Below are positions 10,070 to 19,355 of a stretch of 19,615 nt of DNA, one piece after another. The DNA comes from Bdellovibrionota bacterium (lineage in GTDB: Bacteria > Bdellovibrionota_C > UBA2361 > OMII01). The stretch spans positions 1 through 19,615 of the forward strand of contig JBIKWQ010000063.1 in assembly GCA_044356215.1 (NCBI GenBank). Direction: 5' to 3'. A program made the translations under genes and the position numbers. Below the pieces are notes generated by a model. The model had not been told where the DNA came from. It saw only the letters and a program-made list of their open reading frames with translations, and did not search any database. Each line of letters starts with the position of its first letter. Position 1 is the stretch's first letter.

Positions 10070-11473
10070 ATGAAGCGGATTACACTCCCCCGTTCGATGT
10101 CATTTTTGGGAACGCTTGTCGCGTTCGCGGCACTTTTGCCTCTGGCGGTGATAGCATGGACCTATTGCGAAGAGCGAGTTTTGCTCGAGTTGGCGACCGG
10201 GTGGGCCGTAATAATTATTCTGCTGGGTGGAGTTTATGCGTTCGCGGTGGTCGATGGCGCTTTTGAGAGGATCCGGAGATTAGCGCGTTCTGTGCGCGAA
10301 GGGGATCTCAAGGCGAGACTTTATCCGAATAGGTCTCCGCAACTCACCCCTCTCTATAGCGAGCTGAACCAAATGGCATACGCACTGGATGACAGGATGC
10401 GTGCTCTGTCTAGCGTTGCCGAGGAGCAAGAGGCGATCCTAGGAAGTATGATTGAAGGGGTTCTGGTCGTTGACCAAAAGGGGCATGTTCGGATGATTAA
10501 TAGGGCAGCTCTTAATTTTTTGGATATCACGACGCTTAACGCGGCGGGTCAACCATACAGTGAGGTGATAAATGACAATCGGGTCTGTAATTTTATCGAA
10601 GCGGCGCTCACTCAGTCAAAGCTTGAACCTGTCACGATTACGGTAAGCGGGCGTGTGGAGCGAATATTAGAGCTTCGTTCAGCTCCATTACTGGCCAGGG
10701 ATCAGGTGGCGCCTGGAGTTTTATTCGTTTTCTACGATGTCACGAGGATCCACCAACTGGAGGCAGTCAGACGCGATTTTGTCGCCAACGTTTCGCATGA
10801 GCTAAGAACCCCCGTGACCTCAATTAAGGGGTTTATTGAGACGCTAATCGATGGGGCAAAGGATGAGCCCGATTCTCTCGATCGATTCCTGGCGATTATC
10901 GCTAGACAGGCGGAGAGATTAAATTCGATATTTAACGATTTACTTACCTTAGCTCGACTAGAAGCGGGGGGAGATGGGGCTAAGATAGATCTCGAGACTC
11001 GTGCTATCAGAGATCTAGTTCAAGCCGCGATTGACGATTGCTCTCACCGGGGAGATGCTAAGGGTATGCGGCTTGAAGTGCTGATCAATTCCGACGTTAA
11101 GGTGAGGGTAAATTCGAGTTTGATTCAGCAGGCGCTCGTCAATCTGATCGATAACGCGATTAAGTATTCAGACAGCAATAGAGTTGTTCGTGTAGAGTCG
11201 CGGACTGAGAGTGGATTCGTTCAGATAATCGTCGTTGATCAGGGGCCAGGGATTGAACCCGTTCACCTAGCCCGGGTCTTTGAGCGTTTCTATCGCATCG
11301 ATCAAGGGAGAAGTAGGCAACTTGGTGGAACTGGACTGGGCCTAGCGATAGTTAAGCATATAGCTCATGTGCACGGCGGGGATGTGTCGGTTGAAAGTGA
11401 GGTAGGCAAGGGGAGCAGATTTTCTATATCCCTTCCGGCGGAGAATTATCCGTTGCCAAGTCCCAGAGTCTGA
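10070..11473 (+). CDS. phoR: PhoR-like sensor histidine kinase (TM, HAMP, PAS, HisKA, HATPase)
   Basis: RRDFVANVSHELRTPVTSIKGF, NLIDNAIKYS, DQGPGI, FERFYRID..RSRQLGGTGLGLAIVKH. Confidence 0.87.
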   Translation: MKRITLPRSMSFLGTLVAFAALLPLAVIAWTYCEERVLLELATGWAVIIILLGGVYAFAVVDGAFERIRRLARSVREGDLKARLYPNRSPQLTPLYSELNQMAYALDDRMRALSSVAEEQEAILGSMIEGVLVVDQKGHVRMINRAALNFLDITTLNAAGQPYSEVINDNRVCNFIEAALTQSKLEPVTITVSGRVERILELRSAPLLARDQVAPGVLFVFYDVTRIHQLEAVRRDFVANVSHELRTPVTSIKGFIETLIDGAKDEPDSLDRFLAIIARQAERLNSIFNDLLTLARLEAGGDGAKIDLETRAIRDLVQAAIDDCSHRGDAKGMRLEVLINSDVKVRVNSSLIQQALVNLIDNAIKYSDSNRVVRVESRTESGFVQIIVVDQGPGIEPVHLARVFERFYRIDQGRSRQLGGTGLGLAIVKHIAHVHGGDVSVESEVGKGSRFSISLPAENYPLPSPRV

Positions 11474-11511
11474 TAAATAGTTAGAGTGTAATAATTCTTT
11501 GAGATTCCCAT

Positions 11512-12006
11512 ATGAGATATAGAAATCTTTGTTGTCTCTTCACGGTGTCAGCGCTGCTTTTAGCGGCAGAGGCCTTTGCGGGCGATCTAAGTAAGCGCGT
11601 TCCAGGGGGTGCATCTTTCGGGGATGTTCTTACCCTTTGGGGAGAGCCAGTAGATAAGGTGGAAGAGGGAGTTCTCAAGCAAACCGTCTGGTACTACAAA
11701 GACGGAGCAAAGGTTGTTTTCAAGAATGGTCGTGTGAGATCTTTTAGGCCAACCAACGCGATTATCGCCCAGCAGAGTATGATGGAGGCGCAGGCTAAGG
11801 CCGCGCCCGTCGCAAGTGAAGTCGCAGGGGAGACTCGCGATCTTGTGCGAGATATAGCGAAAGAGGTCCCTTCGGGCCCGGATATGCCCTATGTAGAAGC
11901 TCCAGCCGCGCAGGCCCCACAGGCGATTAATCCGAATCCGATAGCTCCAAGAGGAGGAGCCCCAGCGATAATTCCGGGAGATGAGGTGCTGGAGGAGCAG
12001 GATTAG
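11512..12006 (+). CDS. Secreted hypothetical protein with SmpA/BamE-like small domain and Pro/Ala-rich tail
   Basis: Signal peptide (AFA-G); GASFGDVLTLWGEP..WYY..VVFKNGRV pattern. Confidence 0.7.
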   Translation: MRYRNLCCLFTVSALLLAAEAFAGDLSKRVPGGASFGDVLTLWGEPVDKVEEGVLKQTVWYYKDGAKVVFKNGRVRSFRPTNAIIAQQSMMEAQAKAAPVASEVAGETRDLVRDIAKEVPSGPDMPYVEAPAAQAPQAINPNPIAPRGGAPAIIPGDEVLEEQD

Positions 12007-12059
12007 CGAAAAGAGGCAAAACTGGCTACCGCGATGTTTTTCCGCCTACTAATCCCTAG

Positions 12060-12311
12060 GGAAGGCCGGCAAAACCCCTCCCTACTGCGAAAGCGGATCT
12101 TGAGGTGCTCTTCGAGTTTTCGAGATGGGAAAAAATCCTCAATGTATCACAGGGGATACACCTCCGGCCTTCGCTAAAGCTACGGCCGGCGAGGCTTTTG
12201 TCGGACCAGACGTAGCCTTGGCGAAGGCTGGTGCGGTTTTTTCCCATCTCGAAAATCGAATATCAACTCAACCTCCACTTTCTCGCTACGGGTAGGTTTT
12301 GCCGGCCTTCC
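12060..12311. mobile_element. 252-bp MITE, IS5-like ends, flanked by CTAG duplication
   Basis: Perfect 17-bp TIRs GGAAGGCCGGCAAAACC (12060-12076 and 12295-12311); CTAG at 12056-12059 and 12312-12315; internal perfect 19-bp IR (12117-12135 and 12237-12255). Confidence 0.85.
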
Positions 12312-13516
12312 CTAGGCACTAAATAAACCAATCGCGCTCTGTGCTGCATTACCCCCGCATGGCGTTTTGCTTCGTCGCCCCTTCCCCAGAAAAGATCAAC
12401 TCTATTAGTTCCCGTGATCGCGCCACCTGTATCCTGGTCAACGACAAACCTGGATGCAGGAATGAATCGTGGGCCCGATGTCGCGCTATTGTGATCTTCA
12501 TTAAATGTCGGCTTAGAGAACTCGATAAACGCCAGTGCTCCTTTCGGAGCGAAGCGCGGGTCTGTGGCGATTGTTCTTCCAGGGGTCGCTGGAACCCCAA
12601 GAGATGTAATAGCCCTGTCCCTAGATTTGCTAAAGAACACGTAACTCGGGTTTTTAAAAAGGATGCTATCCCGATCAGATGGCGACATCTTCCGCAGCAG
12701 CTCTTCTATGCTGTCGGTGGTTACGGGCTTGGGAGCGATTTGGGCCTTAAGAAATTTACCGATAGCTTCATATCTGTGGCCATTTTTGTCGGCATAGACT
12801 ATGTGTTCCTCTGTTCCATCACTGTGTCTTACAGTTCCAGAGCCTTGAATGTGGAGAAAGAAAGCATCGATCGGGTCAACCCAAACTAACTCTAGGCCTC
12901 TTCCGTCTAGCTTGTTTTCTCCATCGATCTCCGCGCGCGTGAAATATGGAAGAACTTTGTCGCTTTCATGCCTAGCTTTAAGAGGCTTCTCATCTTTGAA
13001 CTTCTCGGAGAAATTAGCTAACTGGACCGAAAGGAGATCCTCTGGTTTCGCTAATAATGCTCGCGAGAAGACCTTGGTTCTATGCCTGTTGCCCGGTATT
13101 ACAGGTTCAAAATAGCTAGTAAGAAGGACCTCGCCCCATGATTGACCACCAAAAAATTCGAAGAAGCGAAAGTTCTCAGATATATATTTAAGCTTCTCAG
13201 ATGTGCTGATGGGCGTATCAAGAACAGAGTTAAGTCTCTCAAGAGCCGTGGCATATTTCGATCTAGCTATCGATATTGAGCCAAAGACCATCTCTTTTTT
13301 AGCTGTTTTCCTGAGGGCTGCGAGCTCAGCGTTGATAGCATCGCTCAACCCAGAGAGCTCTAGGTCATCGCTTAAAGTAGGGGCTGAGATCTCTCGGAAT
13401 GCGGCTGAGGGTCCAGATGGCGTGACTCGCGCGCAAGCGCTTACTGAGCAAACAAGAGCGATAGAAACGATTCTGCATAGCCAACTGGGATGAGGAAATT
13501 TTTGTGTGTAGTTCAT
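12263..13516 (-). CDS. mltA: Membrane-bound lytic murein transglycosylase A (lipoprotein)
   Basis: Lipobox VSAC; TSYFEP, FFLHIQGSG, NPSYVFF, TIATDP, DQDTGGAITG..RVDLFWGRGDEA. Start uncertain. Confidence 0.93.
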   Translation of the reverse strand: MNYTQKFPHPSWLCRIVSIALVCSVSACARVTPSGPSAAFREISAPTLSDDLELSGLSDAINAELAALRKTAKKEMVFGSISIARSKYATALERLNSVLDTPISTSEKLKYISENFRFFEFFGGQSWGEVLLTSYFEPVIPGNRHRTKVFSRALLAKPEDLLSVQLANFSEKFKDEKPLKARHESDKVLPYFTRAEIDGENKLDGRGLELVWVDPIDAFFLHIQGSGTVRHSDGTEEHIVYADKNGHRYEAIGKFLKAQIAPKPVTTDSIEELLRKMSPSDRDSILFKNPSYVFFSKSRDRAITSLGVPATPGRTIATDPRFAPKGALAFIEFSKPTFNEDHNSATSGPRFIPASRFVVDQDTGGAITGTNRVDLFWGRGDEAKRHAGVMQHRARLVYLVPREGRQNLPVARKWRLS

Positions 13517-13853
13517 CGCGCTAGTCCTATTTTGATACCGATGTGATACCACGCCAAACGCGACGTGTTCAACATTGGATTATTTATGACGACTGTCGAA
13601 AATTTCGGAGGTGATGCCGCTGTAACACCAAACGATTCAACAAAGTTACTGCTCACTAATAAGGTCAATCTATTGACAAAAACCCCCTGTTTTCAAGAGT
13701 GTTTTGGGGCAACACAATCAGACTACATAATCTTCAGCACTACCAAATAAAAACTGCAACCTAATCTCGGCACCCGCATCGAAAGGGAGAACGCATTAGC
13801 GTTTGTTTTGAAGAGGGGAAGGAATCCCTCTGATGTTTTTATGATGAGGTTGT

Positions 13854-15494
13854 ATGAAGAGTCCCTACACTGCCAGGAGGTGGTTAGCGGCTTTCGGCGC
13901 TATCTTGTTTCCTCTTGCCGCTTTCGCGGTTGGATCACCAGAGTCTTCCCCATACCGTTCTAACTTCGAACTACATCAGGTCTATCAGGTAGCGACTCAA
14001 AAGGGGTCGTCAGGTGATCTTGATGTCATTCCAACCGTGAGGCTTCAGGGTCGCGTACGCGGTGTTGGTTTCGTCGACGCGCGTTATAACGTCAGGCGCA
14101 ATAAGACATGGACGGCCTCGATGCGCAGATCGGGTCGTGAGACTGGTGATGAGATGTCTCCAGTTTTACTTCAGGGCAAGATTGCCAGCGGTGGGGCATG
14201 GCAGGCCACGGGCAAAAGGATCTACCCATCGGCCGCGTCAATTATCGGAAAAGAGTTGAAGGTGTCTTTCCCAGGCAGAGCTAAGGGAAGCCGAAAAACA
14301 TGGCAGCGAGTTTATACGATCCGTATGACGCTTGACGGGTCGATTCTCGTAAAGGCAAAGGTTTCAAGTATTCCTAAGTCAGCCGCGCGCCGTGGGGCCT
14401 GCGGGGCGGCTGCTGACAGCGCGTCACTGAGTGAGAGTGTTGTTAACTCGCAAGCAGCAGTGGAGGAATCAGAGATTGTTCCGCCTATAGTGGGTGAAGA
14501 GACTCCGATTCCGAAAGAACTAGCGCGAGTCGTGACGATCAGCACAGACGCTGACCCTGAGTGGTATCAGAAATATGGGGAACAGAGTAACGCGGCGATC
14601 GCGAGTTTAATAAATGCCACAGAGGCGATCTATAATAGGCAGTTGGGACTGCGCTTTAGGATAGTTAAGCAGCATGTTTACACCGATTCCTCTCCCTATA
14701 CGACAACCGACTCGGGTATGTTACTGACAGCTTTCACAAGAAACGTTGAGAACGTGGCGAATCTTGGGGTTAATCCGAATACGTTTCATCAGGATGTAGA
14801 TCTGAAGCACCTTTTTACTGGTAAAGATATAGATGGATCAGTAATCGGCATAGCCTACATCGGAGCTTTGTGCGCAGTTCCATCTCTATCTTTCGGTGTG
14901 ACTCAATCCTATATGGAGGCCGCTAATGCTGGTATTTTTGCGCATGAACTAGGACACAATTTTGGAGCGACGCACGATGCATCTGATCGGGAAGGATTGA
15001 TGTATCCTAGCATCTCGATTCCTCCCGCGCAGAAATTCTCTGATGTATCGCTCGGTGAAATAACTTCGCATCTATCAAAATATGGCTCCTGTATCTCCCT
15101 TGAGGAGATGTCGCCTCGCGCCGATGGGACGCCGGGAGGGGGGCCAAATATACAACTTCCACCGGCTCTATCATCGGCAACTCTGAGTATTAAGCGTTCC
15201 CGAGCCGGTGACCGGAGCGATCCATTAGTGCGTTTATCAGGTTCCTTAATATCACAGTCTGGTAGCCCGATATCATCTGTTGGAATAAATCTTCTCGTGT
15301 CTGATGAAAAAGTTGGCAAAGCAGTCTCGGACAACGCCGGCAATTTTGAGTTTTTTGTCAGGATGCAGATCCCAAAGGGTAAGAGGGTTTATGTTTATGT
15401 AGAGACGGAAGGAGGAGAGATCTTCTCCAACTTTATCTGGCTTAGCCGAACCGTGCCTGCACCGCGAGGACGTTCCCGTAGCTCTCGGCGATAA
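13854..15494 (+). CDS. Secreted reprolysin-like (M12B) zinc metalloprotease
   Basis: Signal peptide; HELGHNFGATHD (HExxHxxGxxH+D), Met-turn GLMYP, IGIAYIGALC; beta-rich C-terminal domain. Confidence 0.88.
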   Translation: MKSPYTARRWLAAFGAILFPLAAFAVGSPESSPYRSNFELHQVYQVATQKGSSGDLDVIPTVRLQGRVRGVGFVDARYNVRRNKTWTASMRRSGRETGDEMSPVLLQGKIASGGAWQATGKRIYPSAASIIGKELKVSFPGRAKGSRKTWQRVYTIRMTLDGSILVKAKVSSIPKSAARRGACGAAADSASLSESVVNSQAAVEESEIVPPIVGEETPIPKELARVVTISTDADPEWYQKYGEQSNAAIASLINATEAIYNRQLGLRFRIVKQHVYTDSSPYTTTDSGMLLTAFTRNVENVANLGVNPNTFHQDVDLKHLFTGKDIDGSVIGIAYIGALCAVPSLSFGVTQSYMEAANAGIFAHELGHNFGATHDASDREGLMYPSISIPPAQKFSDVSLGEITSHLSKYGSCISLEEMSPRADGTPGGGPNIQLPPALSSATLSIKRSRAGDRSDPLVRLSGSLISQSGSPISSVGINLLVSDEKVGKAVSDNAGNFEFFVRMQIPKGKRVYVYVETEGGEIFSNFIWLSRTVPAPRGRSRSSRR

Positions 15495-15547
15495 ATTAGG
15501 GTACCCAAACCGGAGGGGCTCCCGTAAAGTAGCCGAGGAGGCTGAGT

Positions 15548-15925
15548 ATGACAGATCAACGTGGCAAACTAGAGGACGGCTTATCGCAGGCGATGAAGGC
15601 TATCGACAATCAGATAGCGCGCGCGATGCAAAGAACCCCAGCGGAGCGGGAGACTCAAGGAGTTCAGAAGTGGGAACCGTACGCCACACGAGTTGAGGGA
15701 ATCGCCTCCTTTCTTCTTGAGGAAGTTGGAGATAACCAGGTAGGTTTAGATTCGCTTATTGTCTGCGCGCAGGCTTTCACAAAGGCTTTGCAGCTTTTAG
15801 TTGATGATCTTGGCGAGGATGGTTTGGGCAAGTTACGAGCTGCGTACTGTCTTGACGCGATGAACAAGATCTCCCGGGATGCCCAGAGGGTTACTGACGC
15901 ATTGTCAGAGGATAGGCTGATCTAA
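15548..15925 (+). CDS. Hypothetical alpha-helical protein
   Basis: 125-aa ORF with SD GAGGAGG; fills the gap between co-oriented genes. Confidence 0.75.
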   Translation: MTDQRGKLEDGLSQAMKAIDNQIARAMQRTPAERETQGVQKWEPYATRVEGIASFLLEEVGDNQVGLDSLIVCAQAFTKALQLLVDDLGEDGLGKLRAAYCLDAMNKISRDAQRVTDALSEDRLI

Positions 15926-15988
15926 TCCATTCCTCGCCATAATCTCAATCATGGCCGTTCGCCGCGGGATTTTGTATTACTCCTCTGT

Positions 15989-17125
15989 ATGCGAATCCTT
16001 CACTGTATTACCGGGCTATCTGGCGATGGCGCGCAGCGCATGCTGCTACGTTTGGCTCAGAGCTTGCGTGGCTATGGTGTTGATTCAGCGGTTGTTAATC
16101 TCGGACCTGACGATGGAGTGGCAAGAAATTTTGAGGATGCGGGAGTTAAGGTTTGGTCGTTGAATATAGCGGCTAATCCTTTTGGGATGATCAGAGGCGC
16201 TAGAGCGCTCAGCTCCATAGTAGATGCATTTAAGCCTGAGCTGGTTCAGGGGTGGATGTATCACGCGAATTTATTGGTCAGCGCGGCCCGCGTCTATTCT
16301 TTTAAGAGGTTCGCATCTCTATGGAATATCCGTCGTGGGTTAGATGATTATTCCGAACGTAGAGCCAAGACCCGCTGCGTCATCATGGGGAACGCTTGTC
16401 TGTCAGGGAACACTGGAGGAATAATTTACTGCTCTGAAATTAGTAGAGAGCAGCATGAACGTTTCGGGTTCAACTCAAGGCGAAGCATGGTTATAGAAAA
16501 CGGCTTCGATACTAACCGGTTTCGGCCACGGCCTGATCAGAGGCTCGCTATTAGGCGACGATATGGTATCGGAGATAAAGAGTTCTTGATCGGAAATATA
16601 GGTCGATATGATCTCGCTAAAGGGCACAAGTTTCTGATTGAAGCCTTCGCTAAATTAAACGATCTAAACGCTAGGCTAATAATGATTGGGAGAGGGGTCG
16701 ACACATCTAATCACGAATTGGTGTCGATGCTAGACCAGCTTGGGTGTCGCGAAAGGGTTATATTGTTAGGAGAGCAGTCGGCCGTAGAGAATATATTGCC
16801 GGCTTTTGATCTTTACTGCTCATCATCGATTGCAGAGGGGTTTCCCAACGCCATCGCGGAGGCTCTTTCGTGTGGCATCGCCAGCGTAGTAACCAACACA
16901 GGGGCCTCTCGAGAGATAGTCGATGGATCAGGGTGGGTCGTAGAGACTCGCGATAGTGAGGCGCTGCGTAGAGGTCTTGCCGAGGCTCTGCAAGTCGGTG
17001 ATGCGCGTCTTAAAGAATTGGGTCAGTTGGGTCGTGGACGTATCGAGACTCGCTATGGGCTGCGGGCGATAACGGAGAGGTACCATCGGGTTTATGAGGA
17101 GGCGCGCATGCATGGAGCTTGCTGA
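15989..17125 (+). CDS. Glycosyltransferase family 4 (GT-B)
   Basis: MRILHCITGL..GAQRML, IENGFD, GRYDLAKGH, EGFPNAIAEA (Ex7E). Confidence 0.93.
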   Translation: MRILHCITGLSGDGAQRMLLRLAQSLRGYGVDSAVVNLGPDDGVARNFEDAGVKVWSLNIAANPFGMIRGARALSSIVDAFKPELVQGWMYHANLLVSAARVYSFKRFASLWNIRRGLDDYSERRAKTRCVIMGNACLSGNTGGIIYCSEISREQHERFGFNSRRSMVIENGFDTNRFRPRPDQRLAIRRRYGIGDKEFLIGNIGRYDLAKGHKFLIEAFAKLNDLNARLIMIGRGVDTSNHELVSMLDQLGCRERVILLGEQSAVENILPAFDLYCSSSIAEGFPNAIAEALSCGIASVVTNTGASREIVDGSGWVVETRDSEALRRGLAEALQVGDARLKELGQLGRGRIETRYGLRAITERYHRVYEEARMHGAC

Positions 17126-17210
17126 TTCGCGGGTGTTTCAGCCATGAGGTCCTTTATAAAGTCAATTATTATAGGTGGTTGTCTTATCACAACCCAAGCG
17201 TAACTATTAA

Positions 17211-17240
17211 TTGACCAAGCATCCCCCCGGCTGGTATCCT
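17211..17240 (+). promoter_or_regulatory. Candidate sigma70 promoter of the RRM gene
   Basis: TTGACC-N18-TATCCT with extended -10 TG. Confidence 0.45.
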
Positions 17241-17381
17241 CTTGGGAGTTTCTGGTTACCGCTCCGGGACCCTTACCGGTGTTTGTTGATTGCTCGCTGA
17301 CTTTTAGTTGGTGGCAGCAGTGGGCGCTTTCGTCACTGAGTTCCTGCGGCGTACTGGGTTAATTTGTGCCGTGGAGGGCTC

Positions 17382-17765
17382 ATGTCAAATAAGAAGTTAT
17401 ACGTAGGTAATCTGCCTTTTTCGCTCGGTGATGCCGAGCTGGGAAATCTTTTCTCTCAGGTCGGTACAGTTGTATCTGCCCGAGTTGTTTTAGATCCAGC
17501 TACAGGTCGCAAGCGTGGGTTCGGATTCGTCGAGATGTCAACTCCAGAGGAGGCTCAGGCCGCTGTTGATAGTCTAAATGAGAAAGAAGTAGAGGGTCGT
17601 AAGATCCGAGTTGATATCGCTCAGGAGCGCGCGCCACGTGAAGGTGGTGGTGGTGGCTACCGTGGTGGTGGCGGCGGTGGTGGCGGAGGCGAAGGATTCC
17701 GTCGTCGTCGACCAAACGGCGGTGGAGGCGGAGGACGCTTCTCAGGTGGCGGTGGAGGACGATAA
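17382..17765 (+). CDS. RRM RNA-binding protein with glycine-rich tail
   Basis: RNP2 LYVGNL, RNP1 RGFGFVEM, Gly/Arg tail; SD GGAGG before ATG 17382. Confidence 0.96.
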   Translation: MSNKKLYVGNLPFSLGDAELGNLFSQVGTVVSARVVLDPATGRKRGFGFVEMSTPEEAQAAVDSLNEKEVEGRKIRVDIAQERAPREGGGGGYRGGGGGGGGGEGFRRRRPNGGGGGGRFSGGGGGR

Positions 17766-17799
17766 GTCCCAACTGCACCACTAGTTTAATAAGCTAGCT

Positions 17800-17833
17800 A
17801 AAGGCCACTCGGGGAGACTCGAGTGGCCTTTTT
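17800..17833 (+). terminator. Rho-independent terminator, possibly bidirectional
   Basis: AAAGGCCACTCGGG-GAGA-CTCGAGTGGCCTTTTT. Confidence 0.88.
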
Positions 17834-17888
17834 AAATGGTGCTCTCATTTGTTTCAAAAGTGAAAGGGGCTGGGTTTATTTCCAACCC

Positions 17889-19355
17889 TCAATCCAACTT
17901 CAGCGCATCAGCTAGCGCCTGGCGCATCGCTTTGAATGTGCACATAGTCTGGTGATCCCCGTTAGTGTCATTTGATTCGGGAGCTTCGAGATATAACACG
18001 CCGACTTTCTTAGCATCACCAAGTGAGGCATACATCCCGGTAAGCCCCGCTCCATGTGAGTCTCCCTGGCGTTCAATCAGCGGCTGAGCGCACGAGAGCG
18101 CTGTCGCGGCTATGTCAGGTTCGCAGGCACTGGCGCTCATAAAGCTTGGGAATCCACCGGACGTTTGAGGTTCGCCTAGTGTGTGTTTAAGGAACACTCG
18201 CTCTAACGGTCTGAGTTTTACATCGCCGAAGATAGTACGGGGCATCAGCGCGAAAGCGGCAGGGTCTACTAAAAAGATACAGCCCCCAGTGAAGCCAGCT
18301 TCTGGTATAATCTTTCTGATCAGTGCCTCTAACGCGCTACTTGTCTGTTGAGGTTCCGATATCTGAGCATACAAAGCTTGCAGCGAGGCTTGTGTTTCCT
18401 TCGCGCACTGAGTCACATAGCGGTTTAACTTTGATTTAGAGCGATTCTTGTGAGAGGCGATGTTTCTCTCAGGATTAAATTCCTGTACCGACCGGAAGAT
18501 CCCTTCGAGCGCTTGCTTGTATTGCTTGGAGCACTCAATAGCCTTGTTCTTTATAAGAGAGATCCCTTCAGGTCCCACTGTCTTGTGCAGATAGTCGCTG
18601 GCCATCTTCCAGTCATTCTCAGCCGAAGGGTAGGCCTCTGGGTTGTCAGCTCGTGCCAGAGCGGCACCGACCTCACACAGTTGATCGTAATTATCCCATA
18701 TATGATCGTGCAGTGAAGGAGCTGTTGCCTGATCTTCCGATAAGACTGGTTTAAGAACGCGCATCGCTAGGGTTACGGGTGAAAACCCTAGCTCCTGAGT
18801 CAATTTCTCATCAAGGGATTGTCCCTTGTTTAGGTTTTTTACAACTCTTGAATAGAGTGAGGGATAGTTCCACGCGATAAGATTAAGACCGGTCTCGCGG
18901 ATGACTCCGCGGCTAAATCCGGTATCAGGATCGAGGTTCCTCTTCGCGCTCAAGACCTCGGCTGTAGAGGCGACCAGCGCTGTCTCCCTTAAACGAGTCG
19001 CTTGCAGAGGTGAAACCGATTGAAGTAGGTGACTGAGAGGTAGATGCCCGTCATCGTTGATGATGCTCTCTACGGCCTTTGGGCATCCCCACATCAGAAG
19101 TGCCACAGGATTGTTTACTATCTGAGGGTCTAGACCTTCTTTGTTCGCCACTGAATTTAGCTCCTTCACAATAAATGTGAAAAGAGCGAAGTCCTGTTTA
19201 AGGTCCTCGAATAATAATTCAGGTTTACTCGCGTACGTCCCGTCGTTTAGTCGGTGCCTGATAGCGGTAAGAACCTCTAAGTTGATCGGGAACCAGAGTG
19301 AGGACACGTGCTTTGATGCACGATCGAGACGCCTAGCGGAGAAATTGTCATTCAT
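17889..19355 (-). CDS. Degenerate HDOD-domain protein with possible GAF-like C-terminus
   Basis: WFPINLEVL..I, LKQDFALFTFIVKELN, GVIRETGLNLI, ELGFSPVTLA resemble HDOD blocks; GCIFLVD and VGVLYLE resemble GAF strands. Confidence 0.6.
   Translation of the reverse strand: MNDNFSARRLDRASKHVSSLWFPINLEVLTAIRHRLNDGTYASKPELLFEDLKQDFALFTFIVKELNSVANKEGLDPQIVNNPVALLMWGCPKAVESIINDDGHLPLSHLLQSVSPLQATRLRETALVASTAEVLSAKRNLDPDTGFSRGVIRETGLNLIAWNYPSLYSRVVKNLNKGQSLDEKLTQELGFSPVTLAMRVLKPVLSEDQATAPSLHDHIWDNYDQLCEVGAALARADNPEAYPSAENDWKMASDYLHKTVGPEGISLIKNKAIECSKQYKQALEGIFRSVQEFNPERNIASHKNRSKSKLNRYVTQCAKETQASLQALYAQISEPQQTSSALEALIRKIIPEAGFTGGCIFLVDPAAFALMPRTIFGDVKLRPLERVFLKHTLGEPQTSGGFPSFMSASACEPDIAATALSCAQPLIERQGDSHGAGLTGMYASLGDAKKVGVLYLEAPESNDTNGDHQTMCTFKAMRQALADALKLD

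Noticed and set aside
12056..12247. 63-aa ORF as MITE-encoded protein or transposase remnant
   Set aside because: Lies across palindromic DNA and has no transposase motifs.
13768..13800. c-di-GMP-I riboswitch-like string (GGCAC..GAAA..ACGCA..AGC) upstream of the protease
   Set aside because: The stem around the GAAA loop does not pair and no convincing second hairpin follows.
17640..17760. GGT/GGC trinucleotide repeats
   Set aside because: Explained by the glycine-rich RRM tail.
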